Shown here: positions 50,721-63,685 of the stretch, piece by piece | Layout of the letters: every line of letters begins with the position of its first letter | Numbering within the stretch: position 1 is the stretch's first letter | Source of the DNA: Octopus sinensis | Taxonomy: Eukaryota | Length of the DNA: 64,000 bases | NCBI RefSeq assembly: GCF_006345805.1 | Contig: NC_042999.1 | Coordinates: 114,762,001-114,826,000, forward strand | Reading direction: 5' to 3' | Program-made: the position numbers and the translations under genes | The notes under the pieces: model-generated | Seen by the model: the letters and a program-made list of their open reading frames with translations, nothing else | Databases searched by the model: none | Told to the model about the DNA's origin: nothing

Positions 50721-50736
50721 ATTATTATTATTATTA

Positions 50737-51150
50737 AGGCGGCTAGCTTACAGAATCGTTAGCACGCGGGACAAAATGCTTAGCGACATTTCGCCCGTAT
50801 TTACGTTTTGTATTCAAATTCTGCCGAGGTCGACTTTGACTTTCATTGTTTCGAGATCGATAAAATAGCTACCAGTTGAGTACTGGGGTGGATGGTATAG
50901 AAATTACCACTCCCACCTAAATTTAGTCCTTGTGCATATAATAGAAAGTATTTTGATTGGGGTGACAGAATCATTACCCCGCCGGAAAAACTGCTTAGCG
51001 GCATTTCGTTCGTCTTTACGATCTGGGCACAAATTCCGCCGAGATCGACCTTGCTTTTCATCCCTTTCGGGGTCGATGAAATAAGTAGCAGTTGAATACT
51101 GGGGTCGAAGTAAAATTTCAGCTCTTGTACTAAAATTTGAAATCATCAAT
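50737..51150 (+). mobile_element. Two tandem SINE A copies after (ATT)n
   Basis: ttaaggcggctagct head; second head gacagaatcattac at ~50964; (ATT)/(GTT) tail. Confidence 0.88.
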
Positions 51151-51309
51151 ATTATCATTATTATTATTATTGTTGCTGTTGTTGTTGTTGTTATTGTTGT
51201 TGTTGTTGTTATTTAAGACGTCACACAGTATCCAATATCGTAATGTTGAAGCCCAATATACCCATCATGACTACCCGTCTGATAAGAGCACATGAGGTTC
51301 ATGCATTAC

Positions 51310-53857
51310 AAGGGTTTCCAATTTAGCATATTTTATGCTAGATTTAGCATTTCGTTTTTTTGGAGTTTTTTTTCAGCATTTAGCAGAAAAGTTTTAAATC
51401 TAGCATTTAACAGGGAAAATAGCAGGTTTGAAATTTCTATTAGCAATTTTTTAGCATTTTTCTCTGATCATGGCATTTCCACAATAGTTACCCTTTTTCT
51501 TCTTTTTCTTCCTTTTCTACTTTCATTAATGTATCTTCTAGCCAAATTTTAGTACTATTGGCTATTGTTGAATTTTTCTTTCACTTTCTTGAAACTTCAA
51601 ATGAGAGTTTATCAAGAGGAAGTTTATCAAGTTATGAACTTTTCCAGTAACTCCTCCACCGGCTTGGATACAGAGTTGTGCTGGCGGGGAAAGAGGGAGA
51701 AGATAACTCATGCCAGCACCTGAACTCACTGCACAATAATGCAAATATGTTGCAAAGAATGAAAGCATAGAAATTCGTCCTAACAATGCTTTATTCTATA
51801 GTGATGAGTTTTTATCATGACAGGTTGATTGATTTACTTTCAGTTTGACTGTTTTAAAATAGGCCTGCGTTTTTTCATGCTTGTTTTCGATTATATATCT
51901 TGTATAGAAGTACGGGGTGGTGGGGTCTCCCCCTTTATATTTCTACTTACTTTTTTTTTCAATTATTATAGTTATATTTGTGGTTTTACCAATAGATATT
52001 AAATGTAAGATTGGAAGCGAAATATGATGTTCCCAGGTTTATATCAGAATACAGTTTAAGGAATTCTGCAGATTTTACTTTTCCATTTATAAGTTGGTCA
52101 CCATACATCCTGAATCATTATTCTTCACCTCAAGAAATTGTAAGCAGCACACATAAGAACTGTTAATGACGAATGAAAGAATTGTTAGTGGCAAACTGAT
52201 GAGTTGTGTTTTCAATTTTATATTTTTTATTAATCATTCAATTTATTTTCTTTCTTCACACTACATTATAATGAGCAAAGAAAACACAAAGTTGCATCAG
52301 CAAAAATTCCGAAAGGAAAGGCTTAAGATGCCAGCGTTTACTAAGTAGTTGTGTGAAGTACTTAGTGACCAATCTAAAGCACATTGTAGATATTGTAGAT
52401 GTGAAACGAAGAAACATAAGGCATCAACTCTACAGCAAATGATTCCTCTTACCAACTTTACTAAAACCAAAAATGATAAGACATTTATGTTTGAAGCAAA
52501 TTTAGCAATGTTTATTTGTTGCCACTCATCATTTAATAGCTGTGATCACTTAATAGAGTTATGTAAAAATTATATGTCTGAGAGTGATATTATATTCAAA
52601 GTGAATTTGTATCATACAAATATTGTGAGAAATGTTCTAGCTCCATATTTTGATGGATATTTGATTTCTGATATAGGAGATAGAAAATTTAGCCTGTTAT
52701 TAGATGAATACAATGATATATCGATAAACAAATTGTTAGGACTGTTATCATAGTGACACTCACAAAAAAGTGGTACATACATATCTCAGTATGGTATCGT
52801 TAGAAACATGTGATGCAGATGGATTTGTAGATGCCTTAAAAATTGAATTAGTGAAAAAGAAATTGGATATAAAAAATTTACTGGATATAGGAACCGACAA
52901 TGCTAGAGTAATGATAGGAATCAACAATGGTGCTTTCCAGAAATTAAAACAAGTTCCATCATTATTTCTATTTAGATGTGTATGTCATTCTTTACAGTTG
53001 GCAGTATCCCACACTTGTGCTGAATGCTTGCCAATAGATTTAGAATTTTTAGTATCCGAAACCTATAAATGGTCTTTCATTCTTCAACAAGACAAAATGC
53101 TTACAAACAACTTTACATTGCTATCAATGATAAAGAGCCTTTGAAGATCATGAATTCTTGTACAACTAGGTGGCTGTCAATAGAACCAGTGGTGAGTAGA
53201 ATTTTAAGCCAATGGTTTGAATTGCAAACTCACTTCCAAACTAGAACTACTAAAGAAAAATGCTTTCCAGCACAAACGTTACATGAAATGTTTTGTGATT
53301 CTAGGAATGAACTGTACCTTTTATTTTTGCATCTAATTTTAAAACTTGTTCAGGAAGTGAATAAACTGTTTGAATCAAACACTGTTGACAAAACAAAATT
53401 ACTTGGAGATCTTTCAAATTTGATCAAATCTGTTGTTAATATGATAGTGTTACCAACATGTAGAATCGATCCTCTTGAACCGGATGCTTCTACTGAAAAA
53501 TTTCTGAATCCTAAACCAAATTTAGGTTACATGTTCGAGAGATAGATAGCAGAAATGATTACCAAGAAGATTGTAACAGCCACCGAAGAAAATAATATTC
53601 GCAAGACCTTGAATGTGTATAGAAGTCAAGACTTAGGCACTGCAGCTGAAAGTGATCAAATCAGTGAAATGCAAGAAATTATTTCTCAATGCAGAATATA
53701 ATTAAAGAAAGTAAATAAAAATGTAAATAAAAATTAAGCTTTTTGATATAATTAGTCTTTAACATCTTTTTGTCATATTTAGCATTTTAAAGCATTTTTT
53801 TCGTATTTTTTCTACTGAAATTTAGCAAAAATTTTTGATTTTAAGTTGGCAACACTG
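51310..53857 (+). mobile_element. hAT transposon with an apparent 5-bp TSD (hAT5-like), internally deleted
   Basis: Ends aagggtttccaattt / aagttggcaacactg; many subterminal TTTAGCA repeats at both ends; flanks ATTAC / ATTAT. Confidence 0.8.
52271..53620 (+). pseudogene. Decayed hAT transposase lacking the dimerization domain
   Basis: KAHCRYCRCE (BED-like), FSLLLDEYND, IGTDNARVMIG, RCVCHSLQL, TRWLS. Confidence 0.9.
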
Positions 53858-54084
53858 ATTATAACTATATGTGCGCGACATAGTGATTTGATATCAAGAT
53901 AAACAACGCATGAACTTGCAGGTGAGGCCCAGTTAGAACTTTTTTCAGGCCCAGTAGCCCATCCTGCTCAAAAGGTTTCTGAATAAGGGTTGCTTAAGGA
54001 TGATGAACGATAAACCCTTGTTTCCAGAGGCGAATTATTCAATTCCCGAAGAGTTCTTCTCAACACATGGCTATGTTCTTCCTC

Positions 54085-54133
<49 letters not shown>

Positions 54134-54136
54134 GTT

Positions 54137-54290
54137 AAGGCGGTGAGTCGGCAGAATCGTTAGCACGCCGGGCAAAAATGCTTAGCGGTATTTCGTTCGG
54201 TTTTACGTTCTGAGTACAAATTCCGCAGTAGTCGACTTTGCCTTTCATTCTTTCAGGGTCGATAAATTAAGTACGTGCCTTTAGTAGAAA
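54137..54290 (+). mobile_element. SINE family A after (ATT)n
   Basis: ttaaggcggtgagtcggcagaatcgttagc head and core; followed by (AGT)n/(GGT)n at 54295-54425. Confidence 0.88.
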
Positions 54291-54294
54291 GGAT

Positions 54295-54333
<39 letters not shown>

Positions 54334-54360
54334 GGGATAGAGGTGGTGGTGGTGGTGGTG

Positions 54361-54426
<66 letters not shown>

Positions 54427-55277
54427 AAAAGGATTATTATTATTATTTCCATAACGATGGAGACATCTACCATGAAAACGCTGACCAACTGCACCGACTA
54501 ACCACGTCAGAACCACAAGGCTATTAATTAAAGCGACATCTGACGAGGTCAGGTTATGTGACGGTGATGGCGAGGAAAGGCACACAAGAAGGTGAGGAGG
54601 AGGATAAACAGGGACAGAGAGAGAGGGGGGGTGAGGGAGAATCAGAAAGAGCAACGTAGAAAGGTGTCAGCCACAAACTGAATAATCATGATAAACTTTG
54701 ATAGACAATAACTCAGCTGACAATGTTGACGACAATAAAGTAAGACAATAACAAGATCAACAACAACAAAAACAGTGTATTGATGAGGATGAGAAGATGG
54801 TACAGAAGATTATGAAGCTTGAAGTTTTGATAACGTTTCTTATACAATCAAACTCGTCATCAATGCAAAAGCAGCAACGACAACTGCTACTTGTTTTTAA
54901 CTGCTTCATTAGTTATTCAAAAGGATATAAAGACCGAATTTTAATGGCCGTACGATTTGATTTTTCACAGCATAATTGTCTCTACATTTATATCTGTGTA
55001 TATAGGTTTTTGTGTTAGCGTGCGATTTTATTTTTTATGCGTGTGTGTGTGTATGTGTGTACGTATGTAGTGATGTACGCGGGTATGCGTGCATACGTAT
55101 GTGTGTAATGTATGTTCATGTGCGAGCGTGTGCCTGTGAGTGCAGGCGTGAATGTTTGTATGTTCGTATGTCTATGTCCACATGTTCCTCTATGTCTTCC
55201 GTCCCCCTTGTAATAGACCTGCTGCAAGCCATTCAGTCAGTCAGTCATTCATTCATTTTCATTTCACTCGTTCTCAG

Positions 55278-55359
55278 TTGAAACAGAAGACACGTGTTAC
55301 AGAGGCGGTGGGTCGTCGGATACTAAACCGAGCGTGGACTTAACAGAGGTGGAAGGGAA
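55278..55359 (+). CDS. Candidate internal coding exon of an unknown host gene (82 nt)
   Basis: Polypyrimidine tract plus ttctcAG, donor GTAAGC, exactly one open frame (x)ETEDTCYRGGGSSDTKPSVDLTEVEG; non-repetitive and CpG-rich. Confidence 0.35.
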
Positions 55360-56829
55360 GTAAGCGATTTCGTTAAACAGGCATTTTCAAGGAGCAGCGA
55401 CGTCAGATGTCGAAACAAAAGGCAGTTGAGATTGAATCCGCATTAAATATTTGGCAGAGATTCACCAAGTCACTCGCGTCCTACTCACTCCGATACTTCA
55501 CTAGTAACCTTTGACTTAACGTTTTCATACAGCGAATGTATAGGGAAGTGGTTTTTTTGGTTTAATTCGGTGCCGGGTTTCTTTTATTTATTTTTATTGT
55601 TTGATGGTGGTATAGTATTAGATTGGAAGCTTGTGTTTTCTCCTTGATAACATAAAAACGGTGCCACATAGAAATTCATTTATACAAGCATACAAAGGTG
55701 ATGTGGTGATGATGTGTCAGAAAGTACAGGATACTGAACTAAGTGAATTGTAGTCTTTAGTTATGTCTCTAGTGATCAAGGTTCAAATCGCCGTGAACTC
55801 GTCTTCCTTTTTCAGCCTTCAAGTGACTATAAAAACAAATACCAGTTATATAGTTTTTGTTGTTGTTATCGTTGTTGGTGGTACTATTTAGCCCCAGGTC
55901 ATTTCTGACGGAATACATTTATCAATTACAACATCCTGTGATTCTGCCCACCTACTACAAAAACGCTATAATAAAAACTCCACTTTCGTTCGTTTCATTC
56001 TGAAAATGAGATCCAAATAGTCTTGAAGTGTTAATGGCTTAAAATACATTGTCGTTCCAAACTAAAATTTAATAAAAACTTAATAATTAGGATATATATA
56101 TATATAAAGAAAAATAATTGATAAAGTGATCGACACAACGACTTCAATGGAACCTTTTTAAGTAAAAACTGTTCCCTATCTACATAAATATATACATACA
56201 CATAACAAACAAACACACACACATTTGATTATTTTATGCTATATAAAACATACACGCGTTTCGAAAAATTAACTGGTAGGATTACACAGGATTCCTCTCG
56301 TCGTTATGATTAGGAGAATGCTCATCCCTCCATTGGATACTTAAGAAGTCTTTCACTTAGTCTAGTACAGCGGTCACTGTTATAACGCTGTCCAGAGTCC
56401 ATCTTATAGTTTATTTAGGAATTACGCAATCTCTGATGATTTGATAACCTACCTACAAAATTCTTATACTACAGATATTGTTTTTAGTGATATTTGCATA
56501 AGATTGCGTAACTAAATACATTATGAATAATATCTACTGTTTTTTTTTTTCCTACGTGTATTTTTTGATGTTTCAATCTATAGAAACTGACGAATGGAAA
56601 CTCGGACTTCGATACGAGCACTTGCACTTTTTTTTTCTGATATATAAGAATGCTCATGGATTTCTAAATACTGGTTATCTTTCTCAGGCCATCAGTCTCG
56701 TAAAACTGGTTATTCAATTTCTATGCCGTATAAGTGATCGAGATCATAGCATTCCCATTGAACGAGACGCCGGTCTGTTGCAGAGTTCAGAGCCGTGTGA
56801 TATAGGTTTATAGAAGATGGCATCTTGAT

Positions 56830-56960
56830 TGGTTTGTCGATGCATCAGACTGAATGCCTGTCGGTATCTGAGTTCAAATCCCGCCAGTCATCTTTTCTTA
56901 CATCCTTTCGGGGCTGATAAGAAAAGTCCCAATCCTGTAGTACAGTCGATTCCTTCCTTC
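56830..56960 (+). mobile_element. SINE family A, degraded; followed by (TC)n to 57065
   Basis: ctgagttcaaatccc..catcctttcggggctgataag. Confidence 0.7.
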
Positions 56961-56973
56961 CTCTCTCTCTCTC

Positions 56974-57022
<49 letters not shown>

Positions 57023-57157
57023 CTCCCCCTCTCTCTCTACCTCACTCCCCCCTCTCTCTCTCTCTATCTGAGAGAAGTCGTTCGTGTTCAGACCTGGAAG
57101 GGATATATATCGCCAAGCTTAAAATGCATACAGATAATGCGTGCGTGCGCGCGCGTG

Positions 57158-57189
<32 letters not shown>

Positions 57190-57611
57190 TACATAAATAC
57201 AAATATATTAATAGTTAAGTATGATCCAATGATTCAAGTATATCGAGTTTAGTAAGCTTCGAGCATTAATGCAGCAAGTATAGATGACAAAAGATGGACA
57301 ATATATAATAAAACGAGTTTATTAACATCGTAAGTTACACACTTCCTCCAATATTGATGAGAAAGGAAATTTCGATAAGCTAACAGTTGCCATACAACTC
57401 ACGGTTTAGCCACTAAAGTTGCTAAAAATGCGAATAAAAATCTGAGACTGTAAGGAATGGAACGCGTAAAACACGAATTGCGATCTTTTCAAATCAAACC
57501 CATAATTAGCTAAGCTGGTTCTCTGTAGGTTACAACTTAAGTAACTAACATTGCTATGAAACGATCGTAGTCTGTGTTTTATCTGTCCCATTCCTTGTTG
57601 TATTTAATTTG

Positions 57612-57645
<34 letters not shown>

Positions 57646-57669
57646 TGACTGCTACAGGAGAAGGCTATC

Positions 57670-58150
57670 TCTTCATTTAAATCTCGTATGACTAGCAAGT
57701 CAAGCTTTAGACAAACAGATCCTACTGCAGATGTTACAAACACTTTTAGACAGAAAGCGTGTCAGAAATTGAAGTCAAGTTCTGTTTGTGAAGTGTTCTT
57801 TTCAAGACAGAGCATTCGTTTCTCCGTGTTTCAAATACTTTAGAATCATTGTTGACCACTTCTTTCCAAAACGATCGATTTTCCGTTATCTGTTTCCAGT
57901 CTTCAACATCCACCCTAAGAGACTTAAGGTTGTTTTTGACGGTTTAAGGTTGTTGTTAAAGTAAGAAACAAAAACGTTTCTTACTTTAAATGTCTCGGAC
58001 ATTCACCACATTGTAGCTCTCTACAAAACAACCGCTTATGAGAATCTCAATGCTGAATGTGTTAGGTCGCTGAAGTCTAGTGTCAGAAACTGCTATTTGA
58101 TACCTAAGACCGTCCTAAGGTGAACTTGACGGAATCTTTCCAAGGCCTTG
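57670..58150 (-). mobile_element. RTE (BovB-like) LINE 3' fragment
   Basis: Minus NNLKSLRVDVEDWKQITENRSFWKEVV..FETRR..VCNICSRICLSKA*LASHTR. Confidence 0.8.
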
Positions 58151-59921
58151 AAGTGACAACAAAATATATTTCAAGCCTCAGAAGAGTATAAGAGGGCATA
58201 TACTTTTAAAACCAGTATTATGGAGTCACGTTTAACTAAATTTCGTTGACCACTGACCAAAGAAATTATATCTGTACAGATAAAAATAGCTATCTCGCGA
58301 AATCAAGTACTGCTGATTGATGACGATAATCAGTTCTATAATAGAAAATCCATTTAGGTCTGTTGCGTCTAGTTCAGCTCTCTGTCTCTTTTGCATTATT
58401 AACTTAGTATTTACTATATGGATTGATATCAGTCTAATAGATTTCGATGTCAGTCAATTAACATATAAATAGATTTTAGATGTGAGATTTGGACCATATG
58501 ACTGTGTATTTAGATCGTTCATAATTTCGGAACATATTCAGATATTCTTGCAATTTATAACGACTACATCGTTTTTTTTTTTTTTACTCGACTAAGCACA
58601 AATTTCTATTCCTTGTAAGAGAATTCAATATGGTCGGTTAATTTACTTTAGCGATATTTATTACTAAGTGTGCGCCTGTACAGCGGGATACGTAGGCGTA
58701 CAGCGAGACAAGAACGCGTCTCTGTTTCTGGTGAGACTTCTTTTTTCGTTGTAGTTTTTAATGGATTCACCAGGTCCTCTGAGAATAATGACGATTGAAA
58801 CCGATGAGGCTGACCTTCTTGAACAATTGTAAGAAGGTGATTTGAGAAACAAGGACGGGGAAGGAATTCATGAGGACAGACATTCTGAGGAAGACAGCTT
58901 GAACATAACGGTCGGTCAGTGTGGACCTTAGTAGGGAGTAGATAAAATTTGGATGATGAGAAAAAGCGAGAAACATGAACTATGTTTTTTTGGATGGTGG
59001 TGATGGTGGTGGTGTATGCATGAAACCAGAGCCCACTCTATAAGCTATCGGAAAGGAAAAATGAAGTGACGATATAGGCGTGGATCAAAATTTTGAGCGT
59101 GTTCATCAACAGGTTCATGCCAACGATAGTCAGCTGGCCTTCTTTTATATTTAGTCAATGATGCCGAGTGTGTAACAACAGCACAAACAATATATGGGAG
59201 CAGTAGTCTGTTGTTAGAATATCGGATGTTATGCCTTTTGGTTATCTGTTCCGATTCTTTGGTGCCGGGTTGTATTGGGTCTTCATTTCTTTTCTTGAAC
59301 ATAACCGATGTGAACAGAGAAGACATGCTTGAACACGGAAACTGCAGGTCTTCTCATGAGGCTTCTGATTTAGGTGCGAGACAGATGGAGAGGGAGCAAC
59401 TGCAACCATATACACACACACGCACACCCCCCACACACACACGCGCGCGCGCGCGCACGCATACACACACATACAAACAGCGAACGCGCGTGCAGAGGTT
59501 CCGTTTACGAAATTTACTCACAAAGCGTTAGTCTAATAGAAGATGCATGCTCAAAATGAAATGCCGCACAGAGAGACTGAACCGAAATTCACGTGGTTGC
59601 AAAGTGAACTACTCAATCACACATCCATGCTTGTGCCTCTGTGTGTGTGGGAGGGAGTACGCGCGCCTGTGTGTGTATGAATATGTACGTATGCATGTAT
59701 GTTTGTATGTAAACATACATACATACATACATGCAAACATACACACATACATAGATATATGAATAACATAAATGCATCCAATGTATTCCTTTATTCATTT
59801 ATTCTTTTACTGGTTTCAATCAGTGGATATAGCCATACTGGGCGCCACCTTGAGATCCATATTTACCGCATTTTTGCCCGTATGCTACTTATTTACATTT
59901 TAATACACACACACACGTATA

Positions 59922-59954
<33 letters not shown>

Positions 59955-60139
59955 CATTTACACACACATATATACATGGATACGTATACACATGTATATG
60001 ACAAGATTTTTTGACATTTTCTTGTTTGTGTTTATCTACGAGTGCGCCTCAGCGTGTGATCGTGTGTATGTATATGTGCGTACGTCTATGCGGTGTTTGT
60101 ACGTATCTGACTAGGCGCGTGTGTATGTATGTGTGTATG

Positions 60140-60190
60140 TATGTATATATATATATTATATATATATATTATATATATATATATAATATA

Positions 60191-60224
<34 letters not shown>

Positions 60225-60255
60225 TATATATATATATACATATATATATATATAG

Positions 60256-60288
<33 letters not shown>

Positions 60289-60332
60289 ATATATATATAT
60301 ATATCATATATATATATATATATAATATATAT

Positions 60333-60411
<79 letters not shown>

Positions 60412-60412
60412 C

Positions 60413-60443
<31 letters not shown>

Positions 60444-60502
60444 TACTATATATATAGATATATACATATATATATCTATATATATATATATTATATATAT
60501 AT

Positions 60503-60555
<53 letters not shown>
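60140..60555. repeat. ~415-bp degenerate (TA)n
   Basis: Direct reading. Confidence 0.95.
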
Positions 60556-60563
<8 letters not shown>

Positions 60564-61144
60564 ATACATACATACATACATAAATATATACGTACATACA
60601 TACATACATACATACATGCCAAGTCAGATGCGAACACGCACATACACACACACACACACACACACTCACACAAACACACCACACATAGTGGAATGACGGT
60701 AGAAAATAAATATTGACAAAGTTTATTTTTAACAGATTTTTGTGGTTGTTTTAAGTTTAACTATAATTCGATTGATTGACTTTTCCACTCCCCACATTGC
60801 TTTTGTTGACTGTTTTACTGTTGTTGTTGCTGTTGTTGTTGTCTCCCTTGATATGATTCTTCTTTTGTCAAGGGAGGCGAGGAAATGAAAAATTACCCAG
60901 ATAAACTCCAAAGGTCGAGTCGTGCGCGAATGAAAAGATTGCTGTGTCTATATGACAGCCTTAACAGACGCAAAAACAATAAAGATTCCTTCAGAGGCAA
61001 AATTAAGAAATGAAACGAGTGAGACATTAGGGTTCAGCATTTATTATTTCCTTAGAACAGGGGAGGGGGATTGCAATATGGGAACAGAGTCGGAATTAAT
61101 TAAAGAGGAAGAAAGAGAGGAAAGAAGGTGGACAGAAAAAGAGA

Positions 61145-61330
61145 GTGAATGAATGAGAGAGAGAGAGTGAGTGAGTGAGAAAGTGAGTGAGTGAAAGTGT
61201 GAGAGTGAGTGAGTGAGAAAGTGAGTGAGTGAAAGTGTGAGAGTGAGTGAGAAAAAGAGAATGAGTGAGAAAGTGAGGAAGTGAGAGAGTGAATAAGTGA
61301 AAGTCAGAGAGTGTGTGAGTGAAAGAGAGA
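61145..61330. repeat. Purine-rich (GAGT)/(GA) repeat
   Basis: Direct reading. Confidence 0.85.
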
Positions 61331-61464
61331 GTTGAAGGTGATGTTTGACATGAAAGAAAGCAAAGAGGAAAAATAAGAAATGAGAAGAAAAGCAAGAAAA
61401 ACAAGAACAAGAAGTAAGAGGAAAGGTAGGAGGGGGTGAAAGAAAAGAGATGTTTGCTAGACAG

Positions 61465-61656
61465 TATTCTTTTATTCGTTTACCTATTTCAGTCATTTGA
61501 CTACGGCCATGCTGGAGCACACCTTCAGTCGAACAAATCGAACCCAGGACTTTTTTTTTAAACCTAGTACTTATTCTATCGGTCTTTTAGCCGAACAGCT
61601 AAGTTACGGGGATGTAAACACAGCAACATCGATTGTCAAATGATGCTGGGAGACAA

Positions 61657-61724
<68 letters not shown>

Positions 61725-61900
61725 TATATATATGTACGACGGGTTTCTTTCAGTTTCCGTTTACCAGATCTACTCACAAGCCTTTGGTCGACCCGACGCT
61801 ATTGTAGAAGACACTTGCCCAAGGTGCCACGCAGTGGGATTGAACTTGGAACCATGTGGTTGGTGGTTGGTAAGCAAGCTACTTACCACACAGCCACTCC
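61465..61900 (-). mobile_element. SINE family B with an internal (CA)/(TA) tract
   Basis: Reverse complement of 23720-24105, including the head ..ttgaacttggaaccatgtgg..cttaccacacagccactcc. Confidence 0.9.
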
Positions 61901-61984
61901 TGTTCAGATTTAAAATAATGAATGACGACTATGTTCATGTGTTTCATCAAGGATATTAATAAGTAAGATAAAATTGTGTCGGGC

Positions 61985-62195
61985 GATAATCTCTGTGTTT
62001 AGCCCCTTGTGGGCAGTAAAGAAATAGGTATTTCGTCTGTCTTTATGTTCTGAGTTCAAATTCCGCCGAGGTCGACTTTGCCTTTCATCCTTTCGGGGTC
62101 GATGAATTAAGTACCAGTTGCGTACTGGAGTCGATCTAATCGACTGACCCCTCCCCCAAAATTTTGGGCCTTGTGCCTAGAATAGAAAAGGATAT
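61985..62195 (+). mobile_element. Composite SINE A: LINE-derived tail joined to a headless copy
   Basis: ctctgtgtttagccccttgtgggcagtaaagaaata-ggtatttcgtctgtc; same junction as 38101-38160. Confidence 0.88.
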
Positions 62196-62296
62196 GCAAC
62201 CACAGACATGCACATGCAAGCACACACATACGCACACACGCACACACACATATACAACACACACAAACAAACAAACAATACACACATGACACCATT

Positions 62297-62404
<108 letters not shown>

Positions 62405-62582
62405 TGTAGTGTTATAATAAAAGCAATTTTCCTTTACACTGAAGGGTTCTTCAGTATTTTTTGTAAAATACGTATTCACTGTTCTTTTACAAAAATTGTG
62501 TTGACAGTGACTTTGAAGCTTTGGCCTCCTTAGCCTTCATTTGGTGTGTGTGTATGTGTGTGTGTGTGTGTGGGTGTGTGTG

Positions 62583-62621
<39 letters not shown>

Positions 62622-63217
62622 ATAATATGTGACAATTATTCGATAGCCATGAAAAATTCCGAGAATCGAACTCATGTGAGCTCGATGGTCTTGCCACTAA
62701 GCCATGCGCCTTCACTCTTATATAGATATACATACACACATACACATACACATACACATACACATAACCACACATATGTACACGCACACGCTTCTGTAGC
62801 CTCCTAGATTTTATGTTATAATCATTGGAACGGAAACCAAACCAATATAGTATCAAATAACATGCCTCTCTGTCCACACATAACACCATTGTGTCAGGTG
62901 TAGACATTCGACATACCAGTTTCCTGGGGGAACGACCAAGTAAAAACTATGCAGGATTCTTCTGTAAACGTTCGAAAAAAAAACATATTAAGAAAAGGAA
63001 GAAACAAGGAGAGAAGGAGGAGGTAGCAGCGATGACGATGAACAACTACAGAAACAATATCAATACTTACGCCAAGTGTTGTCTTGCTAACAAAGACGTC
63101 ACCACGTGGGTTCTCCATTTGCTAGAAATAGTCACCAAATCTTCTTCAATTGGCATACTCTCGTCGCCATCTCTGTAGTCATATATGTGTGTATGTGTGT
63201 GTGTGTACACATACATA

Positions 63218-63603
63218 CAGGGTGCGATGGGTAAATTGTCGCTATTTCATATTTCTAATTTCGCGCATGTGCATTGTTTATTTTCGATTTTGTCGACTAC
63301 ACATTATAGCAGGTTCAGTTGGGCACCGTCTGTAAGAAAAACAGCGCCATGACGCAATTCACTTTGGCAGAAATTTGGAAATGACATGATGTACTGCTTG
63401 GCATTCGTGCCAGAAGCTCCAGTATGAACAGATGGTGAACACATACAACAACCGGTGGTTTGGCGTGTTCCCAAAGTATGTACCGAGAATGATAAAAATC
63501 AAACATCCAGTCAACATCATAGTGTTCGGAGTGATCACTAGTGATGGCAACATGATGCCTCCATTCATCTTCCCACACGGCCTCAGACTCAACACGAAGG
63601 CCT
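63218..63603 (+). mobile_element. Internally deleted maT/DD37D element
   Basis: TA-cagggtgcga terminus; MTQFTLAEIWK start fused to KHPVNIIVFGVITSDGNMMPPFIFPHGLRLNTKA. Confidence 0.85.
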
Positions 63604-63614
63604 GTATGTATGTG

Positions 63615-63685
<71 letters not shown>

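Larger units (their letters stand above)
51225..54075 (+). mobile_element. Older interspersed repeat split by the hAT (parts at 51225-51309 and 53858-54075)
   Basis: cccatcatgactacccgtctgataag..catgc-attac | attat-aactatatgtgcgcgacat.. reads as one continuous unit once the hAT is removed; partly from recall of an octopus repeat. Confidence 0.55.
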
